DNA of 63,981 nucleotides, filler included, from Blastocystis sp. subtype 4 (lineage: Eukaryota): assembly GCF_000743755.1 (NCBI RefSeq). It is 12 parts of 12 records of this genome, joined end to end, with 100 filler letters (N's around TTAATTAATTAA, not from the genome) between each part and the next. Parts side by side here need not be neighbours in the genome. Positions count along the whole stretch, not along the records: positions 54,141 to 59,328 come from NW_014569071.1; positions 59,429 to 63,981 come from NW_014569040.1; 10 more parts are not named here. One strand, written 5' to 3'. The first letter of the stretch is position 1. Each line of letters begins with the position of its first letter. The translations under genes were made by a program, and so were the position numbers. Below the pieces are notes generated by a model. That model was not told where the DNA came from. It did not search any database and saw only the letters and a program-made list of their open reading frames with translations. This document shows positions 54,041 to 63,981 of this stretch, piece by piece.

Positions 54041-54418
54041 NNNNNNNNNNNNNNNNNNNNNNNNNNNNNNNNNNNNNNNNNNNNTTAATTAATTAANNNN
54101 NNNNNNNNNNNNNNNNNNNNNNNNNNNNNNNNNNNNNNNNTCTCAATGTTCTTCTCCTCCGGAGTCATACTATTGAAGTCCTAGACATTAATCTAAACCC
54201 TGATGCATTTCATACTGTCATGGTAATTAACGATGAGATACTCACTGTCTAAATGGTTCTTGGACAATTCCTAATAAGACGGTGACCGCGGTTTTCCCAT
54301 CATATTTGCATTGCTAGGAGATGATGATTCTACACGATTGTTAGACAGGATAATTGATAGAATATCCAATATCAGATCCATTGCCACCCTAAGAATAGAT
54401 TACAGTTCATTTCTTATC

Positions 54419-55444
54419 ATGGAGGAACCTAAGAAATGCAAGCTGTACATTTGTTAATTGAGGATTAGGGAAGCACACAATATCATTACTACGGTGTTTT
54501 AATATCCTTTCCATTCTTCTCTCTCTCGCTGCTCTTTTGCTCCCTCCATTCTTAAAGAATGCTGTAATTATCGAAATGATAATTCATATCTAGAAATACT
54601 TCCAGCTTTTGTTTTCGAACAAAATGTTATCCTACAGACTGTAAATTGTGTTATCTATGGGATAACAACTAGACCTCTGCTTATTATTGTTGCTGCATCT
54701 TTGGTTTGTATCTACCTCATAACCTTGAGGCAGAATCAAAGTTCTATTCTTACAACTTTTGTCTGCCTGTATTCTATTGCTTACTTATAGTATTCTCTGT
54801 GTCTTTTAGTGACCATTGTCTGTATGCTTCTACAAATAGCATTTTTTTCGAATGTGATGATGTCACTTTATTATGTATATGTATTACAGTTGGATAGCTC
54901 TGTTATCTTAGAACCATGGATCTCCTCAGGATCCAGATATTGTCTATCGATATGAAAAGGAGCTCAAGAAATATATTGACAAACGGGACTGGCTTCAGTT
55001 AAATGTATCTCTTTGGATATGATTTAATCTAGTCTTTTGTATACTGTTGTGGTCTGGTTTCTGTTGACGATTTGTTTGGCAATTTCACTACATGGCAGGG
55101 TCCCAGTTGTATGAACCCTCAAACAGAGAGTTGCTCTCAGATTATTCCAATATCCTTTCTCCAATGCTTGTCAAGATCCTTAATTGAAGCCTGTTATCAA
55201 CGTGTTGGACTGGGAGTTGCTGATCACTTCGTTAAATGTGATCTTGCTTGTTATCACACTTGCTTATAGTGTTTATTATCTGATGTGCTTCAACAAGTTG
55301 TTAACGATTCGAGACGAAGGTAATGATATCTATTCTCCTAACGAAACCCCTCCTGCAGGTGATTATGTTCAAGACCCTGAAAGCTATTATCACATGGAAC
55401 TTTTGGAAGGTTTTCTTCCTGCTACTACTTCGGGAAGAATCTAA
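54419..55444 (+). CDS. Tetraspanin-like membrane protein (multi-exon; one apparent frameshift near 55182)
   Basis: N-terminal hydrophobic exons, a loop with WLQLN..YCCG and further Cys, then a final TM (ELLITSLNVILLVITLAYSVYYLMC). Confidence 0.55.
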
Positions 55445-55493
55445 TGTCCTTTATTGTACTCTCATTCGTGTTTGTTTTAACTCACGAATTGTG

Positions 55494-57064
55494 ATGCCTC
55501 GTGAAATTGTTACAGTTCAGGTTGGACAATGTGGAAATCAGAGTAAGATAAGGGGAACGCTCTTTGATTGGGGTAGTTGGATTTGAATTCTGGAAAAGGT
55601 TATGTGCTGAACACGGAATTGGAGCTGATGGGATATTGAAGGATTATGCAGAAGAAGGACTTGATAGGAAGGATGTCTTCTTCTACAGAGTATTTTTGAT
55701 TGTAAATGATTTAATTCCAAGGCAGATAACAGTCACTTTGTTCCAAGAGCTGTATTGTTCGATCTTGAACCACGCGTGATAAATACGATTAAGGAGTCTG
55801 AATATAAAGACTTCTTTAATCTAGAGAACATGTAGGACTTGAATCTATCGTTGATTCTAGATATGTTGGTGCGAATGGAAATGGAGCTGGAAACAATTGG
55901 GGTGTGGGTTTCGAGCAAGGACGTTCGTATCGAGAAATCACAATGGATATACTCACACGTGAAGCAGAGAATAGTGATAGTCTTGAAGTGGAGTTGGTGA
56001 TTGGTTATTATGAATAGGGATTCATGCTCACACACAGTATCGCAGGAGGAACTGGATCTGGAATGGGATCGTTCCTCTTAGAGAATCTTCATGATGCCTT
56101 CCCAAAGAAGCTCATTCAAACATATTCCGTCTTTCCAAATCTAGAGAATGCATCTGATGTTGTGGTTCAAGCATATAACTCAGTTCCTACAATGCGACGT
56201 CTCATTCAACATGCAGATTCAGTTGTTGTGTTAGATAATACGTCCCTGAACAGTATTGCAACAGATCGACTTCACCTATTGAATCCATCAATGTCTCAGG
56301 TCAATTCCATCGTTTCAACAGTAATGGCTGCATCTACTGCAACAATGCGCTATCCTAGGTAGACAAGAAACAGTGAAATAATAAGTAGTTATATGAATAA
56401 TGATTTAGTGGGAATGGTTGCTTCTCTCATTCCACAACCTCGTCTTCATTTCCTTCTAACCTCTTATACACCTTTTATTGTTGATGACTCTGTGAAGTTG
56501 CTCATATTTGTTTATGTTTAGATCAATACTGTACGGAGGACGAGTGTGAATGATGTAATGCGTCGTTTACTTCAAAACAAGAATCTCATGGTCAGTGTCA
56601 ATACTCGGAAAGGGCGATATATCTCGGTACTAGACATTATTCAAGGAGCTGTTGACCCCATGGAAGTGCATAAGAGTCTTCAGCGTATTCGAGAGCAAAA
56701 CACACATAATTTCATCCCCTGGGGTCCAGCAAGTATTCAAGTCGCTCTTTCACGAACAAGTCCCTATCTAGCAACAACCCATAAAGTGTCAGGATTGATG
56801 ATGGCAAACCATACTAGTATGGGAACTGTAGGTGTTTTTGCAGGATATGAGTCTAGTTGTTTTCCAAATTGGCTCATCAATTCGATAAGTCATTCAAACG
56901 AAGAGCCTATCTCCATAACTATACAGAACTGGATATTTTTAGAGATTTGGCAGAGTTTGAAGAAAGCAGGTAGGCATGGAGAGGGAGAATGATAAAAAGA
57001 GCGGTTGTATCAGATACTATTGAAGAATATAAGAATGCTGAAAGCATGAGTTATATATCTAGCT
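55494..57064 (+). CDS. TUBG1: Gamma-tubulin; stop codon predicted to be completed by polyadenylation
   Basis: [63 protein letters not shown]. Confidence 0.96.
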
Positions 57065-57118
57065 CTAGTGTTTGTTTATTTTCAAACTTATTATTACTGA
57101 AAGAATTGTATAGTTGAA

Positions 57119-58045
57119 ATGCTAGGACATTATGGAATAGAGCCGACAGTCTCTACCATGTCTACTGAGGAATCAACAGAGTCGGTTTGTTCGAAGACTA
57201 AAACGGAGACTGCTAGTACAATGGAGGAATTGAAGATGGAGTTGTATTTATTGAGGATGGAGAATCAACGAAATGAAATGTTGGCATCAACGACTATTGA
57301 CATGAAGAATAAACATAATCATACTCTGAAAGCTGAAATTGACGAGCTAAGAAACACTATCAGCTCTATTAAGGAGGAGCTGGATAAAAAACAACAGCTT
57401 TTGGATAATTCTTTGGAGGATAGGAAGAAAATGGATTTGCTATTGGAAGAACAAAGGAAGAAGGAAGCTAAATTAGAGGAGGAATTATCATCATTTAGGT
57501 ATGCTAAAGTTGCGAAAGAGAAGGTAGCATCTCTGCCTAAGGCAAAAGTGGAAAAGAAAGTGATTCCCGAGAAAGAGAAGTCTATATACTCACAAACGAC
57601 GTTGGAAACAGAAATTAAACAACTTCAAGAAACGAACGAACGATTGAAGAAGGAAGTGTTGGCAACCAGGGATTGGTGTCTTTTAGAAGCTCAGCGAATC
57701 CGCAAAGAAGCTTCTGACAATCCTCAAGTAATTCAATATGCTAAAACGGTTGAGAGTGTTACCCATGATTGTGAGCTCCCCGATGATTTGAAATGTATTC
57801 ACTGTGGTGCGAACATTTCGACAGTTTTTGATACAGAATCAACGAATTGTGTCTTGTGCCGGGGATTACTCGAAGTACACAAACTTCGTCTACGAAAGAT
57901 GAACTACGAAGTGCAGGCACATGCAAAGAGAGAGGATGTAATGAGAGAATTGGACTTGAAGTATCAGCATACCTTGCAAATTCGTAATATTGCGTTAGTG
58001 ATACTTGGTATAGCAATGACTATGATATTGTCAATTCGGTTTTGA
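57119..58045 (+). CDS. Coiled-coil protein with CxxC...CxxC motif and C-terminal TM anchor
   Basis: 308-aa ORF, E/K-rich heptads, CIHC and CVLC, terminal IALVILGIAMTMILSI. Confidence 0.75.
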   Translation: MLGHYGIEPTVSTMSTEESTESVCSKTKTETASTMEELKMELYLLRMENQRNEMLASTTIDMKNKHNHTLKAEIDELRNTISSIKEELDKKQQLLDNSLEDRKKMDLLLEEQRKKEAKLEEELSSFRYAKVAKEKVASLPKAKVEKKVIPEKEKSIYSQTTLETEIKQLQETNERLKKEVLATRDWCLLEAQRIRKEASDNPQVIQYAKTVESVTHDCELPDDLKCIHCGANISTVFDTESTNCVLCRGLLEVHKLRLRKMNYEVQAHAKREDVMRELDLKYQHTLQIRNIALVILGIAMTMILSIRF

Positions 58046-58089
58046 CATGTTTGTTCTATCACATTTGAATTCACAGGCTCATTCTTTTT

Positions 58090-58848
58090 ATGGAAACAAT
58101 CCATGTGAATGGTTGGGAAGATTGGGTCACATATAGGAATCCAATGAGAGTGTTTCGGAGGTGATGTCTGAAAACCATTCTCCATTCAATACTGAAAGTA
58201 TACTTCTTGATTCCGTAAATGTTTCTTCTATTTCTGTGTTGACAAACTCATGTGATGTAGATAGTTCTAGAGGTGATGGGTATGAAATGAAATTATGACT
58301 TAGATGAGAATAGTGAATCTAAGTGGAGTCGACAACTGTGGATGGAGAATCGGAGAGAAGTGAACGATAGTCAAATCCTTTCTGAAAATTGTCAGAGGGA
58401 TATGGAGGTTATTTCATCAATTATGGAGTCGCAAGCAGTTGATTTATCCTTTATGAAAGAGGTTTTAAGGATATTCAGTGAAGAGGATCGAAGAGAAAAG
58501 GATGAACTTCTTGGTAGTCTGCTCCAATTAGTTCGAGAACAGAATCACTTGTTGCAGATCATGAATATACCACAAATAGATTTGCGAGAAGTTGATTCTA
58601 TTAGCATTGCCTTACGTGTACTACAAGAGAAGACCCAATTGTTGCGCCAGACCTTTTCACGACCATCGAGACCCACCCATTGTTTTTTTCTACGAGTTGT
58701 TCGAATGGGTGTAGTACTGATTCCATTACTTTCTTTTCTGTGGTTTCTATTTGCTTCTCCAGACTCGGAAGTCCTTTATAGTTTCTGTGTTTCCAAACAA
58801 ACACCTCAAGAATACTGTTACAATTACTGTTGCTGTTCACAAGACTAA
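58090..58848 (+). CDS. Hypothetical coiled-coil protein with C-terminal TM
   Basis: 168-aa final exon with TM (VVRMGVVLIPLLSFLWFLF) and two short upstream exons. Confidence 0.55.
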
Positions 58849-58861
58849 ATCGACACTTTTC

Positions 58862-59328
58862 TTAAAGGAAAGCCTTATCATACCAACTATTCAGTACATC
58901 CTTCATCAACAGACTGATCATAGCATGAGGAGCAGAACGAGCATAGAAAGTCCAATACCCTCTCCAGAATTGCATTATTCCTTCCTGCTTGAAAATCTTC
59001 CAGGTACAATCGACGAGATTCTTGTAGGGGAAGGTACCAGTAGCAGGATCAACACGCATATTCATGAGACGGCATTTAATCAAATCAAATGGAAGGGTAG
59101 TAAAAGCACACACGAAACCAGAAATAGCCGAAGCCAATAGACTCGTAGTCTTTCCAGTTCCGGTATAAGGAGCCCTTACTTTGATCGTACGAAGCCAGCA
59201 TACCAACGTTCATTGCAATAGCACGGAACACCATGGGAATCGAACCTCTCCACAGAGTCATCAGTCCCTCCTCCTTCACAATACGACCGACGGCGGTAAA
59301 TACATTAGTGTAACCACGACGTTGTTCA
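58862..59328 (-). CDS. Mitochondrial carrier, 2-oxoglutarate/malate (dicarboxylate) type; 5' truncated, frameshift near 59174
   Basis: RIVKEEGLMTLWRG, NVGMLASYDQSK, LPFDLIKCRL, FWRGYWTFYARSAPHAM. Confidence 0.88.
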
Positions 59329-59699
59329 NNNNNNNNNNNNNNNNNNNNNNNNNNNNNNNNNNNNNNNNNNNNTTAATTAATTAANNNNNNNNNNNNNNNN
59401 NNNNNNNNNNNNNNNNNNNNNNNNNNNNAGAAGAATCACTTGATTCATCCAGTACATTGATTTCTGTTTGGAGTATTGTTTATGAAATCCTATTTGATTC
59501 TCATTCTCATCCTATTCATATTCACATATATCCTGCTAATCACAATAGGAGTTGATAATAAACACTGAACCATCTGTAGCAATCTTGAACTCAACAAGTA
59601 TCATAACTTGATCCAATCTCCATTCATCAATCGATTGTATGTCTAGATAATTCAGAGTATCTTGAACTTTTTGATTAATCTGATAATGAACAAACAATC

Positions 59700-60624
59700 T
59701 CATATCCATTCTGAATCCATTCTCAGCATTCGATTGATACATCGAATTTGATTCTCATTACTACTATACTTAACAGGATGAAGATGATAGGAAGTCCTCT
59801 TCTTGTTACAACCATGATTACAAGATGGAATAACCTTGGCATTCAAACAGTTCATTACAACAGGAACTGCCATCTCTAGAAATACCAAATCAGAATACAT
59901 TTCTTCAAACATCATTGATACAGAATTCACATCTCTTGAATGAACATAGAATGCATCACTCCATCCAATCATCTGATTCTTCAATTCCAAGCATTCACCA
60001 TAATCTGGATATTTCAATCTCATCTTATTGGTTGCATTACTCAAAGCATCACAAAACATTATCCCTCTTTCATTCTTACGTCGAGTCCAGACCCACTCTG
60101 ATAGTGGATGGAGGATCAATACAACTATCATCATTAATCAGAAAGTATCCTTTGTAATAATATCCATCCTTTCGAGGGAATCGATCTAATACTCTATTCA
60201 AAGACATGTATGAATAGTATCCTCTTTCTGGAAGCTCATTTGATAGAACTTGATTGACTGAGTCTTCTTTGGGTCCAATGAATACATAATCAAAATCAGA
60301 ATCGAATTGAGAACAAAATGTGGGGAAATACTGATCATCAAAGAATGAAGTGTTGTAGAATGAAGAATAATGATGATTGACAATGATTAGAATGACAGAA
60401 AAAAGAGATTGTCGATAGTCGATAGAACGAACAATTGTCTTGTTTCTACAATGATGGATCCATCTTTCATTCTTCTCCAGAAAGGAGAGATTGAATGGAA
60501 CAATGTGATAAGGAATCTGAGTGACTATAGGATATGAGAAAGAGTATTGCCAACTGTAATAAGAATGACAGATTATTGAATAGAATAAGAATAGAAAGAC
60601 AATATTATACATCATAATAGCCAT
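59700..60624 (-). pseudogene. DUF288/STELLO-like glycosyltransferase-related gene with frame break
   Basis: TM anchor and GYFLINDD in one frame; GWSDAFYV, FLEMAVP and HLHPVKYS in another. Frame switch near 60110. Confidence 0.55.
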
Positions 60625-61847
60625 TTATTCTAAAAGAGAATATCCGTTATGTCTCATTCTTGTTTCAGATTCAGTTTTTAATATTCTCTACTTTGGTTGT
60701 TTGATACATACAGCACAGAGATTCTATTCACAAATATGTCCTAAGAATATACAATTGATTGTCTCAAGTGTTTCGCTCTCATAATTGATTCAATATCAAT
60801 CTTCATGGATTATGTGAAAAAGACGAAAGGTCAGAATGATGCACTCTTCACTTTCATCTTACCAACTGTTGAATAGGTTAATGATGATGAATCTGAAGGG
60901 AATATTACTATTATTAATAAGACAATCCATATAGAGATATGTTCATTATTCGAAAGAGATATGATGCGAAAGAGTATAACTCTAACTTGACTGAATCAAG
61001 TGATAACAAATTGATGAATGGATGGAACAGTGTAGTTGAACTCAATATGAATACAAATGATGAAATGGAGATGATAAAGAGAATGAAGAAGAATAACAAA
61101 GATATGAGTTGATTCAATTGATTGTTCCTGTGATCTAGAGGGATCAAAATCTTGAATTGATGTTGACTGAATAGATGGAACGATATAGAAGTGCATGATG
61201 ATGAAAACAAGATATGTTGAATGAGAGATTATTAGAGATGACACACAATTCATATTCAAATCATAATGATTCGATATAGAATGAGATATGTTGTAGATGG
61301 TTTGAGTTTATGAATATAGAATACGAGTACAATCAATCACTATCATCACTATTCACTCTCATACAAACGGGAACATTCAAACAAACACAATGAATCTATT
61401 AGAATATGACACTATCATTATGATTATCTACTGCTCTTAAGATGTTTCCTTTTCTGTCGAATGAATCGATCCAGAGAATCAGTATCTCATTCATTATCAA
61501 TCCATGGTACTCGAACTCTCCAATTCTTTCATATATACAAAGAGATCTGAGGCCCTGTGTGCACTGTGGAGGGCCTCAGACCTCATATGTTATTATATTC
61601 ACTTCTATCATCAGTACTCTTATCAATCTTCAATCAACTATCTTCATTCATTGAATAGAGAGATTCTCAAACACAACTTGTAACAATCAATATCAATTGA
61701 GATAATCATTATGAAATCAATTTGATGAGGAGTTGAATGAGAGAAAGAGTGATCAATGAGATAGACTTGACTAGAGAATCAACAAATTGGACTATTCATC
61801 CTTATGGAATTCATCTATTATCATCCAGAAGAACATCAGAAGATGGA

Positions 61848-62195
61848 ATGATTGAATCTCATACAGTCATTGATATAGATAAGAAATCATTTCCAGATGA
61901 TATCGATTTGACTATCAATAGTGTTGTAGTGAAGATTGATACTACATCTTTGTACAATGTGAAGACAACGAATACAGTAGTAGCTCGAAATGATTCAGGA
62001 CCAAAGAATATCATTGTTGAAGCAGGATACTATGATCAAGAATCATTAGAAGAGATGTTTGGTTCATATCTCACATTCACAGAAGATGGATATGCACATC
62101 CTTCTGGTCCTGCTTATGATCTAGTATTTCAACAAGCAGCTGATTTGAGTCGAATATTGGGATTTGATGGGATTCAAATGAATGGGAAGGTTTAA
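61848..62195 (+). CDS. Minor capsid (penton)-like protein, central part deleted
   Basis: LYNVKTTNT...IIVEAGYYDQESL...DLSRILGF is fused directly to the terminal NGKV* also seen in copy 1. Confidence 0.55.
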   Translation: MIESHTVIDIDKKSFPDDIDLTINSVVVKIDTTSLYNVKTTNTVVARNDSGPKNIIVEAGYYDQESLEEMFGSYLTFTEDGYAHPSGPAYDLVFQQAADLSRILGFDGIQMNGKV

Positions 62196-62289
62196 GCTGC
62201 TATACTATTTAATTTACGATAAAATCATTTTGATCAAGCTTAATCTGAAGGATAAAACTGTTGTTAAGATGATTATTCACTTTGTGTGA

Positions 62290-62593
62290 GGAGTAGTTTT
62301 GAAGTAGTTTCAAAAATATAACCTACTTCACAATTCCTTCAAAAAGGCTCATTAAATGGCTTGATTATAGGGATTAAATCATTCTGGAGTAGGAAGCGTA
62401 GGAAGAGTAGGTTGAAAACTCAATTTGACAAAATGTTTTGATAGAATTCTTAAGAAATAGAAAAACCAACCTACTCCACCTACTCCAACATCAAATAATC
62501 CTCATAATGAAGCTAATATATGGACTATTCTAAAGGAATTTGGAGTAGGTTGTATTTTTGAACCTACTCCTGAAACCTACTCCAACCTACTCC
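62290..62593. repeat. ~300-bp imperfect palindrome built from GGAGTAGGT/ACCTACTCC motifs
   Basis: 62290-62340 pairs with 62530-62583; 62360-62413 pairs with 62467-62512. Confidence 0.85.
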
Positions 62594-63981
62594 AATCAAT
62601 ATGGTTTCGATCATAGTAATCCCTAATAACAAGAATATGTTGAATAATCCAAATTCTCCAATTCACTTCATTTCTCAGAAGTTATTAACATCAACACCCT
62701 TAAAACAATCCTGCTAAATCTATTTGTTACCCCATAACAAGCACCAATTAAATTGGTGCATATATAACTGAATACAATCATGGTATTATTGACACATTAC
62801 TTAACAACAATCTCCCATATTTCTATTCAGTTATATGAACACCAAAATTAGACCATATTTTTGGTCACAGTTTTAGTGTTTGTTTGTCACCCTGTTTACT
62901 GCACCATCTTTAGTGTCAGAAAGTTTGTTTTACTTTGTTCACACCATTTGACTGATTACTTAACCATTTTTGTACACATTTATTGCGTCAGCTCAAGGAG
63001 GTGCGGCGCTTGCGCCGTACCCTCCGCAGAGCACGCACGGCCTCAGGCCTCTGAACCTCATTCTCTTGTGATTTGGTTGTGGTATTCATCGTATTCTATC
63101 ACCTATGGGATCCTGTGTTCTCTAAGGTGATAATGACATCTTTATGTTACCATGATGTCATCGGTGATTTCCCAGCTGGATATCACCGTTCTATTCTCCT
63201 AGATAGCTAGTGGTTGGGTTCATGAGCTGTCAAGCAATCACTGGAGATTAGAATCACTCGGGAACTAGTCCGAGGCCTGAATGGTATGGACGTTAAGTGC
63301 CCTCTAGGGCATCTAAGTAGTGTTTGTTTCATAATCAACAAATAGATTTAGTATATTAGAAATCATTGTCTTCACTACTACTGTCGCCCTCATTTAGATA
63401 ATCACTATTCCGTCGAATCAATTGACCAAGAGAATCAGCATCTCAATCATTATCAATCAATCATACTTGAACTATCCAGTTCCTTTACATGTATGAATGC
63501 ACTATAGTACATTATTATTCTTTTATTGGCAAGTGATGGAATGTCTAGTTCAAATTCAATCATCAATCATTACTATCCAATATCACTTTACCTATATACA
63601 AGAAATTGTGTCCATGTCCTTCGAGTAGAGCTAGAGAAGGGAGATCTCATCAATCAATTATCATCATCATTCATACTCTTCATTATCCTTTCATTTGATT
63701 CAGTAGTATCTTCATCACCATATAGAGCCTCATATCCAAGAATGATGGATTCAAGTCGAATAAGATCTCATTCATCATTCATTCAATCATTCATACTCTC
63801 AAATTCTATCCGTTGACACCTATAGAACGCTTTATCATCCAATTGAATAGAAATGAGAGAAGGAAGATTCTTACATTCAAATTATTCAATCATTCCATTT
63901 CGATCATACAATAATCCATATCCATTCTTCAATCCATCATAATAACAACCACAATACTTCTTCAAACCAATATCATTCCAA

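Larger units (their letters stand above)
61541..63052 (+). mobile_element. ~1.5-kb inverted-repeat-bounded element carrying an internally deleted penton-like ORF (copy 3)
   Basis: 61541-61573 and 63020-63052 are inverted repeats (27/33 matches) with AG...CT termini. Internal ORF and palindromes are homologous to copies 1 and 2. Confidence 0.7.

Noticed and set aside
62290..62593. Possible CRISPR array or telomeric repeat
   Set aside because: Motifs are 9 bp, in both orientations and irregularly spaced. There are no unique spacers, no cas genes and no tandem telomere-like run.

Overview
AT-rich eukaryotic DNA made of 12 unrelated contigs of about 5.2-5.4 kb, joined by 11 artificial 100-nt linkers (N44-TTAATTAATTAA-N44). 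Adjacency across linkers has no biological meaning. Several features point strongly to the anaerobic gut stramenopile Blastocystis (inference): ~30-nt GT-AG introns, very short intergenic spacers, a TGTTTGTT element at gene ends with stop codons completed by polyadenylation, and a pyruvate:NADP+ oxidoreductase (PFOR-CPR fusion). Housekeeping genes include gamma-tubulin, PNO, CDK1, other kinases, a Rho GTPase, DnaJ, a CNNM transporter, PRELI, NOL9, RPS4, V-ATPase E and a mitochondrial carrier. There are also glycosyltransferases, three paralogs of a large modular secreted protein, tRNA-Leu(CAA) and two 5S rRNA copies. The most novel signal is a dispersed family of degenerate elements in three contigs (~121-700, ~7750-8480, 61541-63052). 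They encode a protein resembling the minor capsid (penton) of Polinton-like viruses/virophages, followed by a large iteron-rich palindrome, hairpins and short AG...CT inverted termini. This suggests relics or non-autonomous derivatives of an endogenous DNA virus. All homology calls are from motif recognition by eye; no searches were run.
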